A DNA stretch of 63,906 nt, counting the filler, from an uncultured Methanosarcinales archaeon (lineage in GTDB: Archaea; Nanobdellota; Nanobdellia; Woesearchaeales; CAZPJY01), in NCBI GenBank assembly GCA_964587045.1. It is 3 parts of 3 records of this genome, joined end to end, with 100 filler letters (N's around TTAATTAATTAA, not from the genome) between each part and the next. Parts side by side here need not be neighbours in the genome. Positions count along the whole stretch, not along the records: positions 28,404 to 53,875 come from CAZPJY010000026.1; 2 more parts are not named here. The stretch is one strand, 5' to 3'. The position numbers and the translations under genes are program-made. Every line of letters starts with the position of its first letter. The first letter of the stretch is position 1. Below are positions 29,060 to 38,554 of the stretch, piece by piece. The notes under the pieces are model-generated. The model was not told where the DNA came from. It saw nothing but the letters and a program-made list of their open reading frames with translations, and searched no databases.

Positions 29060-31012
29060 TCAGAGCGTTAAAGTTGACCCGTTTTCTATGTCTTCTGGGG
29101 TGACCTTCTTGTACCAGGATTTCTCATGCATCACATGCTCAAAGATATCAGCGGCGCGGTCTTTGAAGACCGGAAATAGGGGATTGATGAACTGGTTCCA
29201 GTACTTGATGCTGAAATGGACGTGGTCGTAGTCGAATTCGGTCCCGTAATATCTGTCTTCAGTGAAGGTCAGGTCTGCCACCTTTCCTATTTCTTCACCT
29301 TTCTTGATGACATAATAACCCTTCCTCTGCAGCTCATCATAGATTCTTGCGAAGACAGGATCCTCCTCTGGCCCTTGCAGGTGGCCGTATATGAACTCCC
29401 ACCCGCCGAGAGACTTGATCTTGAGGTTCCAGTGCAACCCTTCCTTTTGGTATCCGGTCGGTATGATCGTTCCGTCCTCTGCTGCGTAGATAGGGGTCCC
29501 GACGTCTGCGAGCAGGTCAAGACCCTTATGGAACCGGTTGCCTGGATGGCGGGATTCCCTGGATTGGACTCCGAACATGCCAACCTTCCTGACTGACTTA
29601 TAACTCAAATTTTCGAGAGGTGGTCTTATGTCCAGGTAAGGTGGTACCAGTTTGAGGAACTCATCTTTCAGTTTCTTCCTGACATCATTGTACCCTTCAC
29701 GGGTATCTGATATTTTCCTCAGGAAAACGAGCTTTGTCTGATAAAGATCAATATTCTTTTCCAAATCGCCCCTTTCTTTCTTCCAAGCATCAATTCTTTG
29801 CATGTCCCTCTCAGATATTTTACTTTTGCTTTCCAGCTTTCCGATCCGTTCCTCCAGATTGGTCTTGGCTGATTTCATATTATTGATGTCCTTGGTAAGA
29901 TTCCTCTCCTTCAAATGGGCGACGTTTATCCCCGGTTGGCTGAACTCATGCCAGACATAGTAATCCGTTGCGTACTTAATGTATGCGGCTTCTCTTTGGC
30001 CGAGCTTGATAGACAAGAGGACGAGACGTATATCATTTAGGATTTGGTCCTCATAAATCCTCGCCCGGAAATCCTGAACATTTGGGCTTGCGTCGATTAA
30101 TGACAACAGGTCGAAATTTCCTCCGACTGTTGCGGCATCGAAGGCGAGAGCTGTAATCTGCTGCTGGGTCAGCGGGAAATTTAAGTCAGATTTCACAAGG
30201 TAATCGTGAAGGAGCTCCTCATCCTCTTTGCTTGGGATAGTGTTGAGGATGATATCTATTTGCTGCTTGTATTGCTTGATTTCCTGCAGTCTCTCCTCGA
30301 AGTTGGCATCGTAATATGCCTGCTTCTCCTGGTCCATTATAACACCGGTTAGATAGTCCTTGAGAATGGTTCCTGTCTCAGGGTGCAGTATCTTATTTAG
30401 CCTTCCCCGGTCCTCCTCGTTGTACCCCGAATATTTCAGGATGGTTAAGGTGTGTTTTTCTTGGTCCCTGCTGAGCTTGTCGCTAAGAGGGTAGTTCACC
30501 CTGTCGATTAGATATGTGTAGAAGCGATCACGCTTTATCTCGTCTTCGAGATAGTCGCCGTTGCCAAACAGTTTCTCGAGGTTCTGGATGCTGTTGCTGA
30601 ATGACTCTTTTTCATTGTACTCCGGAAAAATCTTTGATTTGAAACCCTTGTCCTCATATATTATGGTCTTGGCCTTGTCGATGATATTGTCGGACACCGA
30701 TGAGGCATCATAGTTTCTTACCACGCTCTTGACAATTTGTGGTCCGGGGAACAGGAACATTGAAGCAGCTATAATGGATCCAGTCAAGAACCCATAGATT
30801 GTCTTTCTGACGTTGTTTTTCCTCCTCACTGTCCTGGCATGAGGATCGCGTATCTCTTCCCTTGTCCTTATCTGGGAGGTGAAATCTTTCTTCTTTCTAT
30901 TCAGGACCCTTTTACTGATGTTTGACACGGTCTTTTCTAAGGTCATTTGCTTAGGAAAGTGCCTTTTTTTGAATTTATAAACCTTTTGTACAGTTCCTGA
31001 TATTTTTGTCAC
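29060..31012 (-). CDS. Membrane-anchored M23-family metallopeptidase with helical/coiled-coil stalk
   Basis: TM segment IYGFLTGSIIAASMFLF; C-terminal FHKGLDL (HxxxD), GTPIYAAEDG, YGHL, HVHFSI (HxH), FINP. Start codon uncertain. Confidence 0.88.
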   Translation of the reverse strand: MTKISGTVQKVYKFKKRHFPKQMTLEKTVSNISKRVLNRKKKDFTSQIRTREEIRDPHARTVRRKNNVRKTIYGFLTGSIIAASMFLFPGPQIVKSVVRNYDASSVSDNIIDKAKTIIYEDKGFKSKIFPEYNEKESFSNSIQNLEKLFGNGDYLEDEIKRDRFYTYLIDRVNYPLSDKLSRDQEKHTLTILKYSGYNEEDRGRLNKILHPETGTILKDYLTGVIMDQEKQAYYDANFEERLQEIKQYKQQIDIILNTIPSKEDEELLHDYLVKSDLNFPLTQQQITALAFDAATVGGNFDLLSLIDASPNVQDFRARIYEDQILNDIRLVLLSIKLGQREAAYIKYATDYYVWHEFSQPGINVAHLKERNLTKDINNMKSAKTNLEERIGKLESKSKISERDMQRIDAWKKERGDLEKNIDLYQTKLVFLRKISDTREGYNDVRKKLKDEFLKLVPPYLDIRPPLENLSYKSVRKVGMFGVQSRESRHPGNRFHKGLDLLADVGTPIYAAEDGTIIPTGYQKEGLHWNLKIKSLGGWEFIYGHLQGPEEDPVFARIYDELQRKGYYVIKKGEEIGKVADLTFTEDRYYGTEFDYDHVHFSIKYWNQFINPLFPVFKDRAADIFEHVMHEKSWYKKVTPEDIENGSTLTL

Positions 31013-31143
31013 CTTCTGAGAACGAATTTATCGTCGAGTGATTGATTATCCAATATAACTATTACTTTGGTATGATTTACCCATACAAAACTATTTAAAT
31101 TTCCGATTCTATTTTAATTTAGTTACAACTAGAGGGGGGTATA

Positions 31144-33936
31144 ATGACTACGAACAGAGAATCCTTGGATGACATTTTGGTCAAGAGAGTTTATTCTGAA
31201 GATGCTTTTGAACGCCTATCAGGCGGCCATTCCACACCTATATTCATGATGGGTTCGTTTCTCGCCGATAACAAGAGGATATTCAGCGACCGGGCATGGA
31301 AGGGTTATGTGAAAGTCGTGGAAGACACTTTGGCAAAGCTTCCGAACGGTGACAACGACCCTTCAGTTACTATGATAATGGCTGGAGGATTGATTGATAA
31401 CTGGAGGTTCTTCTATACCAAGCACGAGTTCAACAGGCTTCAGCAGACTGACTTCTCGGACATGAGCCTATCCCAAGAGGAGATGCAGGAATTCGATGAT
31501 AGGCTCAAACGGGTAAAAGAGAAGCTCGACATGCTCCCCCCCAAAGTCAAGCTCCATTACTTCTATAGCGAAAAGGACAACAAGAACATGATTGAGACCT
31601 ACAGCTACGCGATAGAGAAGTTCCAACAGTTGGTTGGAGGGGTCCACAGCGAGTTGCTGACCACTATAAAGACGCTCCACCGATTCACCAAGAATTATGA
31701 GCTCTTCGAAAGGAAAGCGAGCGAGGCAAAGACGACGGCAGAGGGAAAACTGGGCTCGGCTCTGCGTGATGCGGAGAGGGATTACAGATGGGATTATCAC
31801 AGCCTGGAGAAGGATATAAACAAGGTAAAAGGCATCCTCAAGAGGAAGAACCTCAGCGAGAATACCATAAAGAACAGGAGGCGACAGCTGCAAAGCCTCG
31901 AACAAAGACTGAAAGAACTCGACACCGAATACTCCGACACCAAACAAAAGATCGATGAAAAATATCAGAAATCCTTCTCCAAGATCGGAGGGAAGACCGA
32001 GGAGAAGAGGGAGTCTCTCCTGGTGTCGCTTGTTGAGAGCATCGAGAGGAGACAGGAGAAGATAGGAACCAGAATCCAAGCGTTTGAATCTGTGTTTTCA
32101 ATCCCTTCAGCCAAGCAGAAGCTGAGGCAGTTCACCTCTATTCACGACAATGTCGGAATGGTCTACCAGTACCTCAACAAAGCGCTGGAGGACAGGGACA
32201 AGGAGCCATCTGAGATATTGGACTACATCGGCGACCAGATTGTCTTCCTCAATGAGTACAGGGAAGCCTTGCGGGATGAGTTCAGCCTCAACGAGCTGTC
32301 CAACAAGATAACTAAGAGGAGGATACCCAAGAGGTATAGGGAAGAGCTGATTCATGAGATTGAGAAGACCTACTACAAAAAACTTGAGGACATACTCACC
32401 TCCGAGGGGACCAGGGAGGCAGTGGTCCACGACAAGGTCAGGGATGGGTTCTTCATAGAGGGAATGGCAGGCGCTAGGATACTCACAAAAGGTGTTGGAT
32501 TCGAAGGGCATGGCAAGTCCAAGAGCGAAAGTGCCAACCAGATAAGGATTGATGAGATAAGCGCTGTCCTGTCTCATGATTACATCACCCTCCCAAGGGA
32601 CATGGACAAGACCATTGAGGAGCTCGATGGTATGCTGGAATCTGGCAGGAATGGGAAAAACATCTTAGTCCCGGATCTGGTCGTCGTCGGGAACGATCAC
32701 CTGTTCAGGGCGACGATGCTCAACTACTCCGAGGAGCTACCTCCAACCTACATGGTGACCCTGGGTCCGTTCTGGGATGTCAAGAAGGCTGCCCAGCTGT
32801 ACAACAACCAGATAAAGACAGACGAGACCAAGTTGGCGATGGAGCAGGGAGCTACATCCGGTATGATGATGCTGGACTTCGACCGCAACTCGACACCGAG
32901 GTTCACTCCGTGGAGCTTGGATCAGCTTATCAAGCACAGCGGTTTCGACTTCCCCTACCTTAAGATTTCCGCCAACGGCGATGAGCACTTCGGGGACGCC
33001 ATGATGCGCAATGACCTGCACCTTGGGCTACACTACATGATTGAAAAGGATGAAAACATCAAGCTCTACATCACTACAGGTGATTCCGAAGACAACTTCA
33101 ATTTCAGGGGGGCAACCACCGAGTACCTGACCAACACATCCCGGCTTGATGCGCAGACCCTGGAGTTCATCGGAGCAGTATCCAGGGCGTGGGATGCTAT
33201 AATAAGGCGCTCAAACCTCAAGACCAAAGTGATGATGACCGTGGGCAACCACGGGCGCCAACAGCATGATGTCGGCTTTTCCATACCTGAGATCATAGCA
33301 CATCTCAAATCCTTACCATACCTGATGGAAAAGTACGGCTACGATCCCAGATTCATAGGGCTTGACCTCAGATTGCAAGAGCAGGGGGAAGATTCCCCAC
33401 TCGACGACGCGCCTGTCAAATCTTACCGCATAGGACATGAGGGTTATGGCAGTGAAGACATCAGGTTCGAGGACTCGGCCAGGAAGATCGGCAGGATTCA
33501 TATAAGCCATAAGGTCCCGATCTCAGGTTCCGGGGACAAGATGGATCCTGTAGGGCGCTTCGTCCATTGGGCATCCAATACGGGCAGAGTCAAGAATGAC
33601 ACGAGGGTGGTGCATGTGGGCCATTCCCACATACTTATGATCGGCATGGCCTTCGGCGGAACATACATTTGCTCCAACGGAAGCTGGCAGACGATAAACC
33701 CCGACGTTAAGCACCCGGAGAAGACCGACAACGCATATGGCATTAGTGCTGGCTTCTTCAAGCCGGTCGAGGGCGGAATCAACAGCTACATGCCCTACGA
33801 CAAGAACAAGCCCATGACATTCGAGATAATTCCTCACGGGCTTATGAAGAGGGTCTACCAGGAGAAGGTTGAGCCAGCCTTCCAGAGCAGGGTTAAGAAC
33901 GTCACATCCCAGCAGATCTTCAAGCTGACTACCTAA
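31144..33936 (+). CDS. Large protein with C-terminal calcineurin-like metallophosphoesterase domain and coiled-coil region
   Basis: GDEHFG, TGDSED, VGNHG, ISHK and VGHSH occur in order. A long charged heptad region spans roughly aa 150-420. gagggggg SD. Confidence 0.8.
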   Translation: MTTNRESLDDILVKRVYSEDAFERLSGGHSTPIFMMGSFLADNKRIFSDRAWKGYVKVVEDTLAKLPNGDNDPSVTMIMAGGLIDNWRFFYTKHEFNRLQQTDFSDMSLSQEEMQEFDDRLKRVKEKLDMLPPKVKLHYFYSEKDNKNMIETYSYAIEKFQQLVGGVHSELLTTIKTLHRFTKNYELFERKASEAKTTAEGKLGSALRDAERDYRWDYHSLEKDINKVKGILKRKNLSENTIKNRRRQLQSLEQRLKELDTEYSDTKQKIDEKYQKSFSKIGGKTEEKRESLLVSLVESIERRQEKIGTRIQAFESVFSIPSAKQKLRQFTSIHDNVGMVYQYLNKALEDRDKEPSEILDYIGDQIVFLNEYREALRDEFSLNELSNKITKRRIPKRYREELIHEIEKTYYKKLEDILTSEGTREAVVHDKVRDGFFIEGMAGARILTKGVGFEGHGKSKSESANQIRIDEISAVLSHDYITLPRDMDKTIEELDGMLESGRNGKNILVPDLVVVGNDHLFRATMLNYSEELPPTYMVTLGPFWDVKKAAQLYNNQIKTDETKLAMEQGATSGMMMLDFDRNSTPRFTPWSLDQLIKHSGFDFPYLKISANGDEHFGDAMMRNDLHLGLHYMIEKDENIKLYITTGDSEDNFNFRGATTEYLTNTSRLDAQTLEFIGAVSRAWDAIIRRSNLKTKVMMTVGNHGRQQHDVGFSIPEIIAHLKSLPYLMEKYGYDPRFIGLDLRLQEQGEDSPLDDAPVKSYRIGHEGYGSEDIRFEDSARKIGRIHISHKVPISGSGDKMDPVGRFVHWASNTGRVKNDTRVVHVGHSHILMIGMAFGGTYICSNGSWQTINPDVKHPEKTDNAYGISAGFFKPVEGGINSYMPYDKNKPMTFEIIPHGLMKRVYQEKVEPAFQSRVKNVTSQQIFKLTT

Positions 33937-35847
33937 TTACCTTTTCCTTTCATCTTTTTTACTGCTGCTCTTGCTTGGAGCGCTCTTCTTGGGCGCGCTC
34001 TTGTTGGCTGAGCTTCTGTTACTCTGCCTTGTGACGGTTTTATTGGGTCTCTGCTGCACCTTGGGTTGGCTTCTCTGTCTGACTACTGGTTGCGGCTTTT
34101 TCTGCTGCACCTTAGGTTGAGTGTTGGTTTTTGGCGGGGTGTAGTTTCTCTGTATGGTTCGCGGTTGCTGGTTGGTTTCTGTTCGTTGCCGGTTGTATTG
34201 AGGTGTCTGTGTTCTATTCGGCTGTTGATTGTTCTGGGAATCCCTTAGCCTGTTGTTCAGATTCTGGTTGTTTTTGGGCTGGTTTTGGGACCGGACCCTG
34301 TCATCTATAGTCTGGGGCCTCTTTGTGGCATCAGGAAGCTTGTAATCCTTCTTTATCACGCTGCTGTTGTTCCTTGTATTGTCGTCATAGAAAGGATTCC
34401 TCTGATTGTTTCGGGTCCTGTAATTGTCATCCTGTTGTGAGCTAATGTTACCCCTTTGTACATCCCTCCCTGTGTTGCCCTGGTAATCCTTGCTCTCACG
34501 CTGGATAACTCTGGCCTTGTCTGCTGAAGTATTGCCAGTGTTCCCACCTCTTACAACCGCCCGGCTGGTCCTCTTCTCATTCCGGTTAATATCGCCTTGG
34601 TTGATGTCGAAGCCGCTCCTCTTCCAGATCTTTTTCTCGAGTTGTGAGAGGTTTTTACCGTACCTGTCGAAGACCGTCAGCCTGTCTGCGTTGAGTCTTC
34701 TGTTATAGGATTCCCTCTCCTCTTGAGTGATTTTTCTATAAGTGCTTGGGAGCTTGATGTGCTCTTTGATCACGTTGATCATGTGGGGGTCCCTGTGGTG
34801 GTAGTTGCCATACCTGTGAGGGTGGTGCCAGTGGTTCCACTGCCACATGTCCCAGGATGAGTAATAGTTGGTCCAGAACATCCCCCAGTTCCCAAAACCG
34901 AACTGTATGTTGAAACCAGGCTGCGGTCCCCAGTACGGATAGGGATCGAACCCGTCAGCCCACCCGTCGTGATCGGTGTCCCAGTAAAGCGGGTTGGTGT
35001 GCAGCTTGTACTCCCAATAGTCGGAGAGGCCATCCCTGTCAGTGTCTCGGCTGAACGGGTCTGTGCCCAGCCTCCATTCGAGCCAGTTGGGCAGGCCGTC
35101 CGAATCGTAGTCATCAAACCTGGTATCCCACCGGTATCCACTGTAGTATCCCCTCCACAGGTCTGGGATGCCGTCCCGGTCGAGGTCCCAGTAAGGGGTG
35201 ACGCCGACTGGGTAGTAGACAAAGCCGTAGTTCTGGCTTGGCACGAAAATAAGGTTGGCCTGATCCTCGCTGACCGTGTAAATCCTAGAACCTTCAGGGT
35301 CTGTCATGAACCTGTCATTGAGAAGGGTGATGCTTTCCAGCTCTAGATTCCCGTGCTCGTAAGGCTCTTTGACGCCCTTCTCGTAAACAACACCCCTATG
35401 GTCGTAAATGCCGGACACCATCACTTCAATACTGCTCCAGTGGGGGTTTTCCCTGTTGTAAGTGATTATCCCCTCCTGGTCCTTTTCGTCGCTATTGAGC
35501 ATGTAGTCAATATCCTTGAGGAGCCCAATATTAGACTGGTCGACGTCCTCACGGGCAGTAACTGTATATTTTGTGTTCTTGTTTACGTCCCTGACCTCGA
35601 GGTTGATGATGTAGCTTTCATCTTGGAATCCAGTGCTTACAGGCACTGCTGAGAATTCCACCCTCCTGTCGTCGTACTGTGCGATCTTCACAGGATTGTC
35701 CAATACAGTTATGTACTGGTTGGTTTGCGCTTTTGCGTGCGGGACAGCTCCCAGAATCATCGCAGATGTCGCGACCATGAAGCTTGTTCTTTTCAGACCA
35801 GTCGTGAGCCGGTTTCCTGCTCTTTTGAGAAGTTCAGCTATTGCCAT
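33937..35847 (-). CDS. Secreted protein with thrombospondin type 3-like Ca-binding repeats and a basic low-complexity tail
   Basis: Signal-like MVATSAMILGAVPHAKA-Q; DLDRDGIPD, DYDSDGLPNWLE, DTDRDGLSDYWE, DTDHDGWADG; W/H/Y-rich patch; R/N/Q/K-rich tail. Confidence 0.78.
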   Translation of the reverse strand: MAIAELLKRAGNRLTTGLKRTSFMVATSAMILGAVPHAKAQTNQYITVLDNPVKIAQYDDRRVEFSAVPVSTGFQDESYIINLEVRDVNKNTKYTVTAREDVDQSNIGLLKDIDYMLNSDEKDQEGIITYNRENPHWSSIEVMVSGIYDHRGVVYEKGVKEPYEHGNLELESITLLNDRFMTDPEGSRIYTVSEDQANLIFVPSQNYGFVYYPVGVTPYWDLDRDGIPDLWRGYYSGYRWDTRFDDYDSDGLPNWLEWRLGTDPFSRDTDRDGLSDYWEYKLHTNPLYWDTDHDGWADGFDPYPYWGPQPGFNIQFGFGNWGMFWTNYYSSWDMWQWNHWHHPHRYGNYHHRDPHMINVIKEHIKLPSTYRKITQEERESYNRRLNADRLTVFDRYGKNLSQLEKKIWKRSGFDINQGDINRNEKRTSRAVVRGGNTGNTSADKARVIQRESKDYQGNTGRDVQRGNISSQQDDNYRTRNNQRNPFYDDNTRNNSSVIKKDYKLPDATKRPQTIDDRVRSQNQPKNNQNLNNRLRDSQNNQQPNRTQTPQYNRQRTETNQQPRTIQRNYTPPKTNTQPKVQQKKPQPVVRQRSQPKVQQRPNKTVTRQSNRSSANKSAPKKSAPSKSSSKKDERKR

Positions 35848-35933
35848 GTGACCACCATTGTAATGATAGTGATGTTTTTCATAATATCTTATTGTATAGT
35901 AATACTAGCATCCCTAGTGACTCTTTTAAATAC

Positions 35934-36380
35934 TCACTTGAGCATCCTCTTTAGCACAGAGCGCTTGGGCTTGAGCTCGACGAAATGGAAGAGGAGATAT
36001 TTCAATGCCGTATCAAATCCTTTCACGATGCGCGTGCAGTGGTATAGCATCCATGGGCTTATCTCGAAACCCGGTTCGTCTCTAGGAGTGAAGGCTATTA
36101 TGAACTTGCCCTGCTGGTACGCCTCCCTTATCTCCATAGAGGTGCCTATTGAGGCCTTGGAATAATTGACTAGGATGATGTCCGCGTCCTTTATGTCCTG
36201 AAGGCAGAATTGGACTATCTCGTTCGCGCTGAGGAGCTCGCTGTCCCTGAAGTTGCGCCTCATAGGGTCGAGTAACTCGAACTTGTCTGACAGCCTCTTC
36301 TTGGCGATACTCCTCCATTCCTTGGCCTCGTGGTGGCTGATCATGTGTATGGGTCCGCAAAGGTAAATCTTCATCTTCAT
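35934..36380 (-). CDS. Nucleoside 2-deoxyribosyltransferase / Rcl-like N-glycosidase family protein
   Basis: KIYLCGP, IKDADIILV, SIGTSMEI (catalytic Glu position), AYQQGKFII. Confidence 0.8.
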   Translation of the reverse strand: MKMKIYLCGPIHMISHHEAKEWRSIAKKRLSDKFELLDPMRRNFRDSELLSANEIVQFCLQDIKDADIILVNYSKASIGTSMEIREAYQQGKFIIAFTPRDEPGFEISPWMLYHCTRIVKGFDTALKYLLFHFVELKPKRSVLKRMLK

Positions 36381-37123
36381 TTTGGCCTCTGGGCAGCTGC
36401 GGTAAGCAGGTTCTCGTAAACCAGGTCCAGGTTCAGCCTGTTGGCTATAGGTGGCCGGTTACCGACGCTGTCACCCTGCGTTACATCCAGCAGCACCTTC
36501 TCGAGCTCCCCGATAGAGGTGTAGGGGTACCTGCTGCCGAGGAGGATGCTCTTGTCATCCTCGAACTGTGTCACCACATCCAGCTGGGTGGTTTGCGTGA
36601 ACAGGTACCACATGTTGCTATGCCTGGCGACCGATTGGGGCACGAGCTTCCTTTTCCTTTTAGGTACCTTGTGCCACAGGGCTCCTGGAGTTATTATGAA
36701 ATTTATCTGTGGGAAGCGCGACGCAACGTCTTCAAGGAGTTCAACTGCCTTTGGGAGGGCGCCCATTTTCCCAGGGTCTGGGAAGCGGGGGCAGTCTATC
36801 TGCAGGATCATGCCGTAGAGGTCGCTGTCGATGGCGTTGTAGGCAAGCTTCATGAGCTGATTTTTGCCGTCACCCTCAAAGGACTCTGGTAGCGGTAGGT
36901 AGACAACTATCCCCATAGTTTCGTGGGTGAGCTTTTCCCACTTCTCGGGATATCCGAGACGTATGTACGGGAGCACCTCTGCTGATGTGTAGAAGAACTC
37001 CAGCTCTTGTGGGTGGGAGTAAAGACCCAGGATGGTGGTTATGCCCTCATACTTCACGTAGGCCTCGAAGTCCTGCAATATGCCCGAGACTCGGCTGATG
37101 TTAACGTATCCGTCGGTTTTCAT
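36377..37123 (-). CDS. Degenerate amidohydrolase-fold protein
   Basis: MKTDGYVNI, RFPQINFIITPG, HSNMWY and ILLGSRYPY mirror IIDxHxH, RFPxxxFIxxHxG, HPNVY and ILFGSDYP. Confidence 0.55.
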   Translation of the reverse strand: MKTDGYVNISRVSGILQDFEAYVKYEGITTILGLYSHPQELEFFYTSAEVLPYIRLGYPEKWEKLTHETMGIVVYLPLPESFEGDGKNQLMKLAYNAIDSDLYGMILQIDCPRFPDPGKMGALPKAVELLEDVASRFPQINFIITPGALWHKVPKRKRKLVPQSVARHSNMWYLFTQTTQLDVVTQFEDDKSILLGSRYPYTSIGELEKVLLDVTQGDSVGNRPPIANRLNLDLVYENLLTAAAQRPK

Positions 37124-37210
37124 GGGGTCGAGCAACGGTATTGTGATTATTTATAAAGATTGTGTAGTGATCAAAAACCATTTTAAAGCGGGATATCCTA
37201 CCCTAAGCTG

Positions 37211-37822
37211 ATGGGAATAGGAGAGAACCTCGCATCAATCAGGAAATCGCTGGGGAAGGCTAAGCTGGTTGCCGTTACCAAGACCAGAAGCGTCGATGAG
37301 ATAAGGCAGGCAGCTTCATTTGGAGTGACCGACATAGGAGAGAACAGGGTAGACGAAGCTGCCCGCAAGAAGCACGAATTAGAAGACCTCAATCTGCGCT
37401 GGCACATGATTGGCCATCTGCAGAGGAACAAGGTCAGGGAGGCCCTCGCAATTTTTGACATGGTACAATCAGTCGATTCGGTGAGGCTCGCAAGGGAGAT
37501 ATCAAATAGGGCAGGAACGCCCATGCCAGTACTGCTGGAGGTCAACATCGGCGGCGAGCCCCAAAAGCACGGTTTCGAACCAGGGATGGTGGGTGAGGTG
37601 CTGGCTGAGGTTAGAACCCTCCCCAACGTCGATGTCAGGGGTCTCATGTGCATGGCTCCGTTCGTCCCTGCTGAGCAGACCAGGCAGTATTTCGCCAGGA
37701 TGCGCGCCCTCTTCGAAACCCTAAGCCTCGAGATCCTTTCCATGGGCATGAGCAATGATTACAAGGTAGCTGTAGAGGAAGGGGCGACCATGGTCAGGAT
37801 AGGGACTGCCATCTTCAAATAG
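37211..37822 (+). CDS. yggS: YggS/PLPBP pyridoxal-phosphate-binding protein
   Basis: LVAVTKT, GENRVDE, WHMIGHLQRNK, LSMGMSNDY, VRIGTAIF. Confidence 0.95.
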   Translation: MGIGENLASIRKSLGKAKLVAVTKTRSVDEIRQAASFGVTDIGENRVDEAARKKHELEDLNLRWHMIGHLQRNKVREALAIFDMVQSVDSVRLAREISNRAGTPMPVLLEVNIGGEPQKHGFEPGMVGEVLAEVRTLPNVDVRGLMCMAPFVPAEQTRQYFARMRALFETLSLEILSMGMSNDYKVAVEEGATMVRIGTAIFK

Positions 37823-37884
37823 CAAGTTTTTTATAGTTCTTTTCTAGGAATCTCTACATCACAATAGTAAACGGAGGGATAGTT

Positions 37885-38340
37885 ATGAGCGTATTCAGCG
37901 AATGGTGGGGAAAACTAACACTCTCGACTGACGAGGTGACCAACCTGAGGTCTGACCGGGGACTATTCAACAAGATTCGAAAGGAAGCCTTGCGGGGCAG
38001 GAGAGAGATTTCGAGCATTCATTCCTCAGAATCCCGCTTTGAGCATCACGCAAAGGAGGGCGACCTTAAGAAGCTCGAGAAGGACGAGGATAAGGAAATC
38101 GAAGACATCATGACATGCGTGAACCACATCTTCAGTATAATGGACAGCTCCTACCTGGAGCTGCATGACCAGCTGAAGTATCTGCACAGCCTCCATGAGC
38201 AGATCCACGCCCTGATGAAGCGCGGCCTCAACGAGAAGATAGCCAATGAGTACGAGCGAAAGATCATCGAGGCGAACAACAGGATAAGGAACGCATTAGC
38301 GGTGAGGATTGACAAGGGCAAGGCTGTCTATCAAGAATGA
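37885..38340 (+). CDS. Hypothetical helical protein
   Basis: ggaggga SD; codon usage like neighbouring genes; no recognisable motif. Confidence 0.7.
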   Translation: MSVFSEWWGKLTLSTDEVTNLRSDRGLFNKIRKEALRGRREISSIHSSESRFEHHAKEGDLKKLEKDEDKEIEDIMTCVNHIFSIMDSSYLELHDQLKYLHSLHEQIHALMKRGLNEKIANEYERKIIEANNRIRNALAVRIDKGKAVYQE

Positions 38341-38341
38341 T

Positions 38342-38554
38342 TCACTTCTTTTCCTTTTCTTCAGGCTCCATCATCCAGGAATGCTGGGAGTCCTGCTCGG
38401 TCAGATATTCTATCGTGCGGAGTACGAGGTCTATCTCGCGTATTGCCCCGAATACCTGGTGCTGCTTTTCTATCGGTATTTCAGATGCCTGATCCCTCAG
38501 AAGCTCGGCGAGCTTCCCCCTCCTCTCTAACAAGGTGTTACGGAGCCTGTTCAT
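38342..38554 (-). CDS. Small hypothetical protein
   Basis: ATG 38554 overlaps the upstream stop; last gene of the minus-strand operon. Confidence 0.65.
   Translation of the reverse strand: MNRLRNTLLERRGKLAELLRDQASEIPIEKQHQVFGAIREIDLVLRTIEYLTEQDSQHSWMMEPEEKEKK

Noticed and set aside
31066..31090. Imperfect inverted repeat gtatg...catac between the M23 and phosphoesterase genes
   Set aside because: Only a 5-bp core in AT-rich DNA, which is expected by chance.
31144..33936. Mre11-Rad50 (SbcCD) fusion
   Set aside because: Has a phosphoesterase domain and a coiled coil, but no Walker A/B, ABC signature or CxxC hook.
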